64,000 nt of DNA from Squalus acanthias. Lineage: Eukaryota. The position numbers and the translations under genes were made by a program. Numbering within the stretch: the stretch's first letter is position 1; the number at the start of each line of letters is the position of its first letter. Positions 24,576-37,975 of the stretch are shown one piece after another. Location of the stretch: NCBI GenBank assembly GCA_030390025.1, contig CM059432.1, positions 15,254,001-15,318,000 on the forward strand. Direction: 5' to 3'. The notes beneath the pieces are model-generated. The model worked only from the letters and a program-made list of their open reading frames with translations, did not search any database and was not told the origin of the DNA.

Positions 24576-26087
24576 GACTTACCCTTTAATTAATTCAAAT
24601 TAAATCAAATCAAATCAATACCACCAATTACACTACAATTAAATGATATACTCAAGGGCCCTTGTTTACTCGCACTCCCCGCTACACAACAGAGACCTTA
24701 AAAACTATAACCACAAAAATTAAGTTTGGATAAAAGCGAGAAAGAAATACTCACCAACCAATCACTTACCTGCTTTCTGCTGACGTCACACTTCGATTAC
24801 TTTTTACTTCTTTACACTCATTATACCATTAAAACTGTTTAATTAGTCATTTATCTTATTGTTGTTTGTGGGACCTTGCTGTGCGCAAACTGGGTGCGGC
24901 GTTTCCCTATATTATAACAGTAACCACACTTCAAAAGTAATGCATTGGCTGTGGAGTGCTTGGGGGTGGCCTGAGGTCATGAAAGGTGCTATATAAATGA
25001 AACTTGTGTAAATGCAGCCTACTGTGCCAATCCTTTTGCAATATGACTTATTTGGAGGGAGAAGAGGGGAAACAGTCAAATGCTCCCTTGATAGCTGCTG
25101 AAGAAATTGGTCTGGCCCTCTCCCGAGTCCTTGATAACTGTTACCCTACCAAAGAGCAATAATCCTCCCCGCCCCCGCCCCCAGCCCCCCTCCAACCATA
25201 CAGCTACTCTATCCCATCTTGAATACAATGAAAAGCTTCAAAGTAAAACCATCAGCCTCCTCCTATCTCCGCATCATCGCTCTTCATATAAATTGTCCCT
25301 GTGCCTCCACTACGGCCTGGTGCCACGATGCTGTCCTTTTACCAACTCTCTCCATGCCAGACTTGCAGAGGTACCAGGCTTGGAGTTCTGCTGCCATCAG
25401 AGGCATGGCACAGCAACGTGAACACGTTCACAGGGGGATGGTACATTTACATAAGTGTGAAGACCACCACCATGAATATTATAGCTCCGGGTTGTCATAA
25501 ATGGATTAAAAAAATTACCACAGTTCTTCAGAAGCTGAGAAAATAAAAATCTGCCTCCATAATTTGAAGTCTTTCTAGTTCACTCATGGAGCTCGTATTA
25601 TGCCTCCCCCATTAAGGTTGCTGATGCCTTTAAGGCGCAGGAACTGCCCAGACTTCCTCTTCCTATCTCTCATGCACCCGGATGTGTGCCCAGTGCGCAC
25701 CTGTCCTGGACTATTCGAGTTCGGCCCGATTGGATTTTCAGGTGCTGAAGTTGGGGTCCTGGTAGAGCACACTTCCACCACATCCTGCGCAAATAGCCCC
25801 CAGACAGCACCGGTAGAAGAAAACCAGTGCTACTGTCTTCATTAAACCGTCATGGTGACCATTTGTAGACAGCCTTGGACTCCACAGCCACAATGACTTT
25901 ACAGCATCATAAATACTTGTAAATACAAAAATAACCTGACACCTATATAGTACAGAAAATATGCAAGTGCGTTATGGTGTGTAGCACAATCTTTGATGGT
26001 GTTCATAAATCTTTCCCTTTAGTTGCTGAGGACACTTTGCTGTGTTTTCACACAGAGCACTGTGGGTGATAAGCTAAGGTCGCTACC

Positions 26088-26510
26088 TTGAGGGCATACG
26101 AGAGGAAGAAAGGAATAGAAGGACATGGATTTCAGGTAATTGGCCAAAGAGCTAGAGGCGAGATGAGGAGAATTTTTTTTACGCAGCGAGTTGTTATGAT
26201 TTGGAATGCACTGCCTGAAAGGGTGGTGGAAGCAGATTCAATAGTAACTTTCAAAAGGGAATTGGATATATACTTGAAGGGGAAAAATTTGCAGGGCTAT
26301 GGGGAAAAGGAGGGGAGGGGGTCTAATTGGATAGCTCTTTCAAAGAGCCGCACAGTAAAGACAGGCCGAATGGCCTCCTTCTGTGCTGTATGATTCTATG
26401 ATATGTTGACAGGGCGAGCTGAAGTAAGGTGGGAGGAGTCTTGCGTGGACATTAAACACTGACCTGTTGGGCTGAATGGCCTGAATCTGTGCTGTAAATT
26501 CTATGTAATT
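26088..26510 (+). mobile_element. CR1 3' end nested in an older CR1-like tail
   Basis: GEMRRIFFTQRVVMIWNALP; the older tail is collinear on both sides. Confidence 0.82.
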
Positions 26511-26815
26511 AACTACATCAGATCATGTATGTCTGCTGCCATATTCTTTCAGTAAAATCATAAAACACTAAAAACAATTTGAAAAGTTCCCATTGCAGTC
26601 ATTATACAGTCTACTGCTGCTCAAGTGTTCCTCAGCAAAGAGCAACTGTTGCTGCAATTAACCTGCACCAAACTCTGGGCAGTTGCAAGTGGAGCAGATT
26701 AAATAATACTGCCAGGTAATACAAACCACAGATTCTGATTTTCTCCAAAAATTTGGAATGGCACCATGTGCACACAAACCATAGTTTTAACAATATTATA
26801 AAATATACACCTAAA

Positions 26816-27308
26816 ATGCCTGGATGAGTGCAGCTCCAACAACACTTAAGAAGCTGGACACCATCCAAGACAAGCAGCCCGCTTGATTGGCACCCCATCC
26901 ACCACCTTAAACATTCACTCTCTCCACCACCGGTGCACCGTGGCTGCAGTGTGTGCCATCTACAAGATGCACTGCAGCAACTCGCCAAGGCTTCTTCGGC
27001 AGCACCTCCCAAACCCGCGACCTCTATCACCTAGAAGGACAAGGGCAGCAGGCGCATTGTAACACCATCACCTTCAAGTCACACACCATCCTGACTTGGA
27101 AATATATTGCCGTTCCTTCATTGTCATTGAGTCAAAATCCTGGAACTCCCCCGGCCCCCTAACAGCACTGTGGGAGTACCTTCACCACACGGACTGCAGC
27201 GGTTCAAGAAGGCAGCTCACCACCACCTTCTGAGGGGCAATTAGGGATGGGCAATAAATGCTGACCTTGCCACAGACGCCCACATCCCAGGAACTAATAA
27301 AAAAAAAT
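26816..27308 (+). mobile_element. CR1-group LINE family B 3' end
   Basis: AWMSAAPTTLKKLDTIQDK through AATAAA and poly-A. Confidence 0.9.
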
Positions 27309-27947
27309 AGTTGCCTGGTCATCACATTCATAGCCACAGACAGAGCATTGTGGGCGGGTGATCATGGATGCAGGCCCTCATGCAGTAAATGGCAGGATCT
27401 CCATTGCCTCTTTGATGAAGTGCACTCTTCTGCTATACATCTCTCACTAAGGTCTTCATAGGATCTATGCTGCCTGTATGTTCTTTTGGGAGGGGAAGGG
27501 GTGGGGCGTAATATGTGGAGCTATGCCTCACTCTCCTTTCCTGCATCCTCCCCTGCTCCTAGTCCATGATGTAAGCATTACATAGACTTACTTAGAATCT
27601 ACAGCACAGAAACAGGCCATTCGGCCCAACAGTTCTATGCCAGTGTGTATACTCTACTCGAGCTTCCTCCCACCCGAATTACATCGTCCCGCCCTGCTCC
27701 CGTATCCCTCTATTCCCTTTTCCTTCATGTGTGCATATCAAGGTATATCCATAGGGAATGCCACAGCTGCTGTTGAGAAACCTTCATGTTGGTTGGGGTC
27801 AAAATACAAACAAATCCAAGGTTGCCCAGATTGAATGCAAAAAAAATGTTTTTTTTTAAAATGGCTCCAGAAAAGTCATTCCCAGTTGCAGTCAAACTTT
27901 CAGCAATCTTCAGGCTCAGATATTCCTTACGTCGTTATTTCAAAGCA

Positions 27948-28200
27948 GGGCAGGGGAGTTCTCCCCGGTGTCCCGGCCAATATTTATCCCTTAACCAACA
28001 CCTAAACACAGACTATCTGGTCATTATCACATTGCTGTTTGTGGGAGCTTGCTGTGCACAAATTGGCAGCCGCGTTTCCTACATTACAGCAGTGACTCCA
28101 CTTCAAAAAAAGTACTTCATTGGCTGTAAAGCGCTTTGGGACGTCCTGAGGTCGTGAAAGGCGCGATATCAATACAAGCCTTTCTTTTACTTTCTTTTCA
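27948..28200 (+). mobile_element. DeuSINE 3' half
   Basis: Deu core and tail. Confidence 0.85.
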
Positions 28201-29269
28201 CTCCAGCCAGTCTCTGCTGATCCTGGCAGCAGTTGTGCCTGGTGTTTCACATCCTGACTGACTCAGACAGTGTATTGCGAGTGTAAATACAGGAAATTCA
28301 GAGCAGCTGTGCCACTTGCCACTCGGCGGGCCGACCACGCAAGGAAATTCGGGGGTGGGGGGGGGGGGGGGGAATCCATTTTGGGGTGGAAAACTATCCG
28401 ACATGGCTTCCGCTCCAAAAAAAAGTACCTGCCCCAATTTAGTGCTGCAGACTGACTAAAAACAGCAAGGAATTTCAGGGCCAAGACTTCCATGTACCGG
28501 AAACGTGAAACCATTCCGAAAACAAACTTGAGAGGCAGTCAGAACGTTTAGGCCTTCTGTAGACGGAAAATGTGTTGCTGATTAGTGGGATTGTGGACTA
28601 TAAACATTTTTTGAATGTGACCCTAATAACAAAGCATGCCCCAGGGGAGAGCTGAGATTGCATTATAGAGCAACAGTGTCATAGCATGGTACGACTCTCA
28701 AGAACGGAGAATAAAACCTTCATAACTGAACAAAGCAGCTTATTTTTGCTTTGAGTAATACTTTATTTTTGTTTACAAAGGCACCAATTAGAGGCTTACT
28801 GATTCTAATTCTGAAAATGTTTATCGTCTTTTATATCTTTATGAATGCTTACCGTGTCTGAAATTTTAGCTTCAGATTTAAAAACAAGAGCTACACTGTA
28901 TTTCATTTCATCAGATGTTCGGACAGATAAATATCATCACTGCCGCTTTCAGATGTGAGGCCAATCCTTCTTCAGGCATTGTGATAAGTCATAAACATGC
29001 TCATCAGTGTCAGGGTACTGTCTACGCAAAATGGTGGAACAGTAACTCAGTCATCTCCCCAAACCACAATGTCCATGGACTACTTCAAGTTAAACTGTGA
29101 CAAAAGGACACAGGGCACAGATTCAAACTGTTGAACAGTACTGATGTCAGAAAGCTCTGTCTTCACATAACACCAGTCAACGCACAAAATGGACTGCCGG
29201 GTAAGTTGGTGAAAGCAAAAAACCCTGGCAGCATTTAAGAATCAATTGGATGCCGTGATGACGGGCCTC

Positions 29270-29642
29270 TGGATCTGATAGAGGTGTTCAAAATCATGAG
29301 GGGTCTAGACAGAGCGAAACTGTTCCCGTTGGCGGAAGGGTCGAGAACCAGAGGACACAGATTTAAGGCGATTGGCAAAAGAACCAAAGGCGACACGGAA
29401 GAAAACCCTTTTTACGCAGCGAGTGGTTAGGATCTGGAATGCACTGCCTGAAAGGCTGGTGGAGGCAGATTCAATCGTGGCTTTCAAAAGGGAATTGGAT
29501 AAGTACCTGAAGGAAAAAAATTTGTAGGGCTACAGGGAAATGGCGGGGGAGTGGGACTAGCTGAGGTGCTCTTGCAGAGAGCCGGCACGGGCTCAACGGG
29601 CCGAATGGCCTCTTTCTGTGCTGTAACCATTGTATGATTCTA
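29270..29642 (+). mobile_element. CR1 3' end
   Basis: DLIEVFKIMRGLDR...FTQRVVRIWNALP and tail; an older CR1-like piece lies at about 29100-29260. Confidence 0.88.
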
Positions 29643-31071
29643 AGTATCATAAACTCAAAGAAGTAAGGACAACCAGCTTACCTTTTTGTAATGTTTAAGA
29701 AGGTTCATTGATAAGAACATAAGAAAGCATTGAATCAGAAAGGGCCATTGAACTTTTTACGTTAGCTCATTCAACAGACCATATAATGTACATCTTGTCC
29801 TACCCCATCCATTTAGTCTCTTCAGGGAAAGTTATACCGATTCCAGAGTATTCACAATCCTTACATTGCCACTATTAAGCCCTGGCCTGACAAAACAACT
29901 CGTGCCCAGCTACCCAGCAATAGAGGAACAATTGTCTCCCATGGAGTATATACGTATGCCTATAACCACCAATTCCATTCTCAATCATTGCCAGCACACA
30001 CAGAAAATATCCCTTGATCACACTCTCCAGTACTGGAATCTAATGCTATTTCTAATGTCATCACCTTTGGCATCTCCTTCATGATTCTCAGTAGTCTTCA
30101 GTCAGAGATTCTCCTGGACCTTGACCTCATTCTCCTCCACCCACGCACCATAAACATCACCGGTATTTGTATAGGTCAGAAGCTTCGCTTCAGCCCTGTA
30201 AAGATCTGGCTGATTGCTTAGAATGCACTTTGACGGTTTCTTCTGACTGTTTAAAAAGGGTCAACAGTAGCTCCTTCATTCACTACCAGCGTGTCAGGAT
30301 GGGAAAAATCAGAAAAATTCTTTACAAAGTAGCTGACTCTGTAACATTACTTCAAACAAGAGAGAGAAAAACTCACCACCTTTCTAGAGATCAGCTGAAG
30401 TTCAGGTGTTTCCTTTGTACGGCGCTCTAATGGAACTGTCTATTGCACTTGCAATATTTTCAAGTAAAATTAAACTGAAAAGATTCTGCACCAGTGCGAT
30501 GCAAATTCATCTGAACTTGTCAGAGGTTCAACCCCTGTCATTACAGTTAATTATGAATCTGACATAAGCGCATAATTAGCATTTAATTTGTGGATATTAA
30601 AGCATTTATTTAAGATGAGTTTCTGTTTTAATTTATTGCGGGGACAATCTGAAAGCTTCGTGGAGGGGAGACATTCCAATTGGCGTATGGACGGGGATAC
30701 TGCCAATAGCAAACAGTTACAATCTTTGCCACAGCCTGTTCTCCAGCTCTGGCAGTAAAGGGCTTACTTAATTAGGGGAGTGGAGGTTATCGGGATAGGT
30801 ATCAACTAGCAGGTGTAGCAGTTTGGAATATACATATTTACCTGCATTAATCACATTTATAGTGAAACCTACCCAGTTGATTTCTAATTAACTTTATCTC
30901 TGTTATGTGCAGCTTATCGCTTATCTATCCCTCACTTGTCTGTATACTGAGGCATTGGCAATTCTGAGGAGCTGTTTGTTTTGGGATGACTCCAGTTTGA
31001 AGAATAACAGAAACATACAGCCAGAGGCCCCTGTAAACTTCATATAATTTTGACACTGTTCCAGCACTTGT

Positions 31072-31307
31072 GATATTCCTTCAGTAAAAGAAATCTGCCG
31101 TCCTTACCCGACCTGGCCCATGTGTGACTCCAGTCCCAAACCAATGTAGTTGACTCTTAACTGCTTGCTGAAGTGGCCAGGCAAGCCACTCAGTTGTATC
31201 AAACCCAAGAAGAAGGCGGCCCACCACCACCTGCTCAGGGCAACTAAGGATGGGCAATAAAAGTTGGCCATGCCCGTGACGCCCACATCTCAGCAATGAA
31301 TAAAAAA
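31072..31307 (+). mobile_element. Bipartite non-autonomous derivative of LINE family B (5'UTR fused to 3' tail)
   Basis: 31072-31205 matches the reverse complement of about 46410-46515; 31208-31307 matches the family B tail at about 11428-11529. Confidence 0.8.
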
Positions 31308-31721
31308 CGAATTTAGAGCTTATTGAAGTAGTACAGTCCTAATAACTTTCCATGAAAATAATCTGATGTTATTGGAGCTCTACTTTGTACAGTTTCACAT
31401 ACGAGTTCTGTATCTATCTGAATTGGAACAATATTGCTTCTGATTATACCTGACAAAAGCTGCAGAAACCTCAACCCTTCTTCTTCGGCAAGGTCGTGTA
31501 TCTCATGTGTAAAGCTTCACTTTTGTCAGATTACATTAAATGATAGATTAAATATGATAGGTTCAGGGAATTTTCTAAAAAGGCGAAGCTCCACGAAAAG
31601 AACAGGATCAAGCCACTCGGAGAGCCCTGCCCAGTGTACACCATACTGGCCACCACAACACACAGACTGACAACGTAATAAGTGGCTGCTCAGAAACTTT
31701 TGCTTCCCCAGATGTTACTCA

Positions 31722-32141
31722 GAAACAAAGACTTGCATTTGTATAACACTTCCCACGACCTCGGGACGTCCCAAAGCGCTTTACAGCCAACTACGTTTTG
31801 TAGTGCAGTCACTGTTGTAATGTAGGAAACGCGGCAGCCAATTTGCGCACAGCAAGCTCCCACAAACAGCAATGCGATAATGACCAGATCATCTGTTTTT
31901 AGCTGAGGGATAAATATTGGTCAGGACACCAAGGAGATCTTTTACGTCCAGCTGAGAGGGCAGACGGGGTCTTGGTTTAACATCTCATTCAAAAGACGGC
32001 ACCTCCGATAGTGCAGCACTCCCTCAGTACTGTACTGGAGGGTCAGCCTAGCTTTATGTGCTCAAGTCCCTGGAGTGGGACTTGAACCCACAACCTTCTG
32101 ACATCAAAGGTCAGAGTGCTACCCACTGAGCCACAGCTGAC
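31722..32141 (-). mobile_element. Full-length DeuSINE
   Basis: A box TGGCTCAGTGG, B box GGTTCAAGTCC, Deu core, tail. Confidence 0.9.
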
Positions 32142-32613
32142 AATAGAATAAAGTCTACTCCACGGTTTAGAAGAGAGAGAAAAGAACAGAAGTCTCTATA
32201 ATACTTCAGAATGTAGTTCCCTCCCATCCCTGTATTTTTCTCCCATTTCCTTCTGAAGCCATGCGCTTCGTGCATCCAGCATGCATGCAAACTCCTGTTA
32301 TTATTGCGACATGGCAGCCAGTCTTCTCTCAGACCACCACTAGTTCCACCTTTGGCTTGCTGGCAATAAATGAGAGTCGGGAACTCATTCAATTTTGTTT
32401 GCCCACCTCCACCCCATTAGGTGGATGCTTGGCCTCGGCTTACCACCTCCTTAGAATGTGCTTGGCAACTAAGCAGAATAGGCAGTCTGAACAGTTTCCC
32501 TCTACCCAGAGGCACAGCTTCTACATGTAAACCTCTGTACCACTGTATTCAATCAATCCTTTTAGTAAAGGCTTCAGCCCCTTACTGCTACAATCCTTAA
32601 ATGTACATTATGA

Positions 32614-32677
32614 ACAAAGCAGCTCGCTTGACTGGCACCCCATCCACCACCTTAAACATTCACTCCCTGCACCACCT
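32614..32677 (+). mobile_element. Internal fragment of LINE family B
   Basis: ACAAAGCAGCTCGCTTGACTGGCACCCCATCCACCACCTTAAACATTCACTCCC matches about 26870-26930. Confidence 0.7.
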
Positions 32678-34002
32678 TGACCTGGCATTCATACAACAAC
32701 AAAAATGGAAAATAGATTTTAAAAACAAAATTCTAAGGAATTAGGGTGGGGAGGGGGGGGGGGTGGTGGCAGCAACACATAACCTTGACAGAGGCAAATC
32801 ATTTTTAAATGCAGCAGGTTAAATCCTTCTAAGCTGTTCGAAGAACTGTTTATCATTTCAGTCCTGATAATGTTACACACGAGCAATGCAATGATGTGTT
32901 CCATCGTGATCTATGTCCTGACATTGTACATTTGCAAGCATGAAAAAAATAAGGATTGCCAAACATTTTTTGCACAAACAAGTAGTTTCTTTTAAAGGAA
33001 GCAGTCAAAATGGAGGAACAGTCATTTCCAACTCTATTACCATGTTCTCCTTTTTCCCTTTTAATGCCGTGCCTCGAGCCTGCATGAAATAGCAAAGAAA
33101 TAATAAAGCCTCATTTATTCACAGCCTATTTCCAGCAATTCCTCTCTCTCCTGAAGACAGATTCTGTGTCAGTTCTCGATGGCTACTTAAATGCTTTTTT
33201 ATAGCTCATGACAGGTACTGAAGAGCTGCACTTTCTGGAGCATTTGGGCAATGTAACACGAACCGAGACAGCACACCACAGCTCAGACGATTCACTTATT
33301 CTTTTCTGTTCTAAAAGTAACAGAGGTTTAGATCTACATGTTCCACTGACACTTCACAGGCATCCACAAACTGTGCTTCTTGGCCGACTTATGTATTATT
33401 TCATGCATTGGAAATTTTACATTGCCCTTGAGCATAATTGAGCACCAAGGCTGAAAAGGTATCAAGATTTTCTCTTTAAATGCAGACTTTGGCGGCGATG
33501 TTTTATCCCATTCAGACTGTCTGCTCCATCTCCAGTGGTGTTCAGATGCTGGAAGTTGCACAGCCCTGTAATTTGAATGTGATTTGTACATTCACCCTCC
33601 TAAACATTGTGGTGTTATTTTTGTTCTCGATTTCAAGTTATTAAATTAGTAGACCCAATGTAATATAATACTCACTATTAATGTTGCCACTGTTGAACAG
33701 TGTTAGTATTTTAATCCTTAAAATGTAATTTATGGGGCTTCCCCCAATGGCCTAGCAGGTATATGTGCTCGATGTGAATAAGAAAGTCTTAGTACTGAAC
33801 TGAATTAGTTGATCTCAGCTAGGACACCCATAGGATACTGCAATTGGCTTCAGTGCTCCAGATCTAGGGAGGGGTGAGCGGTGCAGGGTGAGGGAGGGGG
33901 AAATCAGCCAGGGATCCTGCTCCTGATTGATATCTTGGGATGCTTGCTGAAAAGTGCATGTGTGGGGACGTCAGGTAAAGTCAAATAGCCTGTGAACACC
34001 CA

Positions 34003-34870
34003 GGGCTGGATTTTACCAGCCCTGAGGAGGCGGGTTTGGAGGCGGGACTGCTGGGAAAATGGGAAAAATTGGGAGCGGGTCACAACCCTGCTCCCAACCC
34101 GCCTCCGAACCATCTTCCCGGGAGGTGGGTCCCCGACTCGCGCAGGGATCCGTCTCCTAGCGGCGGGAAGGGGATTAGAGCCAATTAACTGCCTGTTACC
34201 AGGTAGTTAACAGGCAGTTAAGAGGCTTTTCCCCATTTTCAGCCTGCTGATGCGGGCTTCCCGACGGCGGGAAACCCCGCCAGGGTCAGCGAAGCGAGCT
34301 GTGGGTCTGCTGCAGTGTAAGTGTGCAAATGACAGCTGCAGAGGTATTGTGATGGGTGCAATGGTGCCCAGGTAAGTATGACAGGTGAGAGAATGTAGTG
34401 AGAAATATTTTTATTCTGTTTATATGTATCTGCAGGTGACAAGATTTGATGTTTCTGTGAAGCCTCATCTGATCGGGAGAATTGACAGATGGCTTCTGCA
34501 ATCTCATATGCAGCTGCCATCTGTTTTCTCCTAAGGAGAGAGTCATTGGTGAGCCTGGGTGAAAGGGCTCACCTTTGGACAGTGATTGTCAGTGTTTGAC
34601 AGCACCTCAATGCTGTCAAACACTGACAATTCATCTGTCAAAAAATTATGGTGCCTGTCCCTTTAAGAAGACCGGCAGATGAAGCGTCACGCACTGACGT
34701 CATCTGACACCGGCTTTCCCTTAATTGGCCGGCAAACCCGCAGGGCGGGCTTAACAAGGTCAATCAGGGGAAAATAGCATCAGGTCATCAGACGTCGCTG
34801 GGGGGCGGGACTAGAACCCGGAAACCAGCAGTCCCGCTCCCAACGCGCCTCCTCGGCTAAGATCGCGGCC
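34003..34870. mobile_element. Harbinger-like non-autonomous element
   Basis: GGGCTGGATTTTA start, TAAGATCGCGGCC end, flanks CCA/TCA; CpG-rich ends; internal 20-bp hairpin. Confidence 0.72.
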
Positions 34871-35738
34871 TCACTGGCTCGGTTCAAATATGAACAATGG
34901 TCAGAAGGCTGAGATCCTGCCCATGCCAGTGGAACCTTTCCCAGCATGAGTTAGTGCCTCCAGGATTAGAAAATTGGGAATAAAGCGTGGATTTACTTCT
35001 GGTAAGTTGCAAACTACTCCTGTTATTATTGTGCGCAGCAATTGAGAAGAATACTCAGCCACAAACCAGAGTCCCGTGAACCTTATCATTTAATTGGTTC
35101 CTGGTACATTATTTGCACAGGTACCTTAAGATGATTTCATAGATTATTTCTGGTGAAGGGCGAATGTTGCTCAGATACTTTGCCATAATGCTAGATAAGG
35201 GACCATGAAAGTTGGGCCTTAACAGAATTAAAAAAGTAATCTTTATTTCTAATGTGATTTGCTTTGCATTACAACCTCATAGAGTCACTGAAAGAAAACC
35301 TCAAACTAACTAGAGATTTCTTTTAAAAACTTCAAATACCAAAATAGGAAATAAAAGCAAAGGATGCTGAAGATACATTAACCTCTCTTTTCTCTTCTCA
35401 AATGCTGACAGCTGTGCAAACATGGATAAATATGCTGGGGGTTTGCTTATTGCATTTCCAGCATTTTCTCCAGTTAATTCAATTAACCTATCGGTAAAAC
35501 ACAAATCCAATAAGCAAACACATCTGAATATACACAAGCAACAAATGAGTGATTAGTCATGGTATTTTAATCTTTAAATTCTCAGTTAAGGGGCTCCACT
35601 GATGATCTCGTGGGTAAGCACATTGCCTGCTTTAACACAGGCTCAATTCATTGCTTGAATATCTCGTCTAAAAGGACACCGGATCATTTCCTGTTTATCC
35701 AGTGTTTTTTTTTTATGGTTACATTCGAAAACTATATG

Positions 35739-36618
35739 GGGGAAAAATTCAGTTGGTTGCGCCTCCCATTAGCGCCTTAAGAGGGCGCTAATGGGGCACA
35801 AAGCAACTAGCACCCAGGCGCGACGATGTTTGCGCCGCTCACGAAATTAACTAGACACTTTGCGGCGGTGCTAAACACTACCGCCACGATCTCCTGCGCC
35901 GGCAGATCGTGACATCAGTCGAGTGCGCAGCGCCCCGGAGCGGATATTGAGTGGCGCCCCCTGCCTTACCGCCTGCCGCTAGCAACGACAGGTTGAGGGG
36001 AGCGTTTTGCAGTCAGGAAGGGACTGGGGGAGCGCTATTTAAAGGCGACCGCTTCCTGCCTTTTATTGTTGGTGACATTTTTGCACCACGCATTCTGAGA
36101 GAGAGAGAGAGAGACTTCTGGAGAGATTCAACGCTGTGTCAAGGAGTTTTGGGTACTGAGCAGCACTTTGCAGGTTCCTTTTGATTTGCCCTTCCTTGTA
36201 TCGATTTAGAAGAGACTGTGGGGGCTGCACTCTGAGCTCTTTGCCTGGTACTCTCCATTGTTCTTTCCAGCAGATTCGATGTACAGGTCTCTTCAGGCCG
36301 AGATTCAAGGCTACAATGAGCAGGATGTGGATGGAAAGCAAGATCAACCCTCCCCTTTAAGAACTGGCCGGCGCCATTTTGTCTGTGTTCCATTGCTGAC
36401 TGACATCACATGAGCTTCGGCAGCGCTCTGAGGTAGCACCTCGCTCCTCGGACTTTGCGCCTTAAGACAGATGTGTAGCGCCTGATTTCGCGCTCCAATC
36501 ACCTCCAGGGGCGATAAAAGTCAAGTTTGCAGTCGGAGGCGATAATTAGCGCCAGGCGCTAATCTTTGCGCCCGGCCGATAATTGCGCCCCAAATGGGGG
36601 GATACTGAATTTCTCCCC
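35739..36618 (+). mobile_element. Harbinger-like non-autonomous element
   Basis: TIR GGGGAAAAATTCAGT/ACTGAATTTCTCCCC; homologous over its full length to 55112-56003. Confidence 0.85.
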
Positions 36619-37975
36619 TTAGATGTCTTGTGTGAACAGCATGGAGCTTGCCTTGGTTGTACTGCTTCCCATAGTCGCCTAGTCTGCCAACACTCATTGT
36701 TGAAGCTCACGTATGAAGAAGAGGCACTTGCCCAAAGTACCAGAAGGTACCCAACACCCATGGTTTGTACCCCAGCCGGAGTCAGGACAGGAAGCAGGAA
36801 AATTAGAGGACAAAAGAAAAAAAGGGGGAGTCCCACCATCAGGACTCCTTTAAACAATGAGGAACGTTATCACAAATTTAGATTCTGGGTTTTGTTATCA
36901 ACCAGAATCTTTTAATAATACTTAATTAGTATGAAATGACATTAACCTTGCTGTAGTGATTTTATTGCAACGGAGATGTGTCAGTCAAATACAGAAGCAA
37001 AGAAATTAAACTCTTAAAATGTTCTGTATTTTCCAGCATAGTCAATTAATTGATTTGAAACATCAGTGGTGTGTTGAACATGAATGAATGCAGTGATGCA
37101 CGCTGCTCTAAATTAGGAGAAGGTTGTTCATTTATTTCTCTATCAGCAGTGAGCTGTTGGACTAGCACATCTGCTCCATCTCTATATTAAAATTCTGCCG
37201 CCACGCTCTTAAATGCATTGCTACTACCATTAATCTCCACTAGTGTTTTCATTATCAGCCCCAAAAAATTGTTTTTTAAATTTACAATCACTCAGTGCGC
37301 TGCCATGTACTGGCTCCAAATCTGTCTCATAAAAATTAAGCCTATAACTTATTTGGCCGATTCAGAAGGAATCAAATAAGCATGTTAACAGGCATCTTAT
37401 GCTGATCACTAACCACTGGAGGACTGTAGTGGCCTTTCAGCACCAGAGTAATTCAAACGTAGAAATTCTGAGTTAAGTTTCCATCGTGTTCTGAATGAAG
37501 AAGTTCTCTCTTCAGTTCCTTGTTTTTAAAACTTCTATTTTTCCTCGTGCCTCTCTTGAAATGTTGATTCAGGCTAGCGGATTGTGTCAGTGCCTCTCCC
37601 AAGCAGCCATTCTTCCTGTGTAAACCTGAACAGTGAGTGTCAGTGGGTTTTTCCAACTGTTCCATCTCTGTAACCTCCTCCAGCCTTACAACCCTCTGAG
37701 CAAAGTTGAAGCCCATGGAATAAAAAGGACAGTGGCAACATGGATATGAAATTGGCTGAGTGACAGGAAACAGAGCGTAGTAGTGAACGACTGTTTATCA
37801 GACTGGAGGCAGGTACACAGTGGCGTTCCCCACGGGTCGGTTCTAGGAGCACTGCTTTTCTTGATATATATTAATGACCTATAGACTTGGGTGTACAGGG
37901 CACAATTTCAAAATTTGCAGATGACACAAAACTTGGAAGTATAGTGATCAGTGAGGAGGATAATGATAGACTTCA

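Larger units (their letters stand above)
22091..24815 (-). mobile_element. Near full-length CR1 LINE with large internal ORF2 deletion
   Basis: 5'UTR, ORF1, APE endonuclease N-terminal part joined at about 22972 directly to the RT C-terminus, and 3' tail. Confidence 0.93.
21865..25005 (+). mobile_element. DeuSINE split by a CR1 (21865-22090 and about 24830-25005)
   Basis: Head and body on the left, Deu core and tail on the right of the CR1. Confidence 0.75.

Noticed and set aside
28287..28482. Additional MITE candidates (also about 25590-25800, 47370-47630, 60850-61080)
   Set aside because: GC-rich with partial TIR-like ends, but too degenerate to call boundaries.
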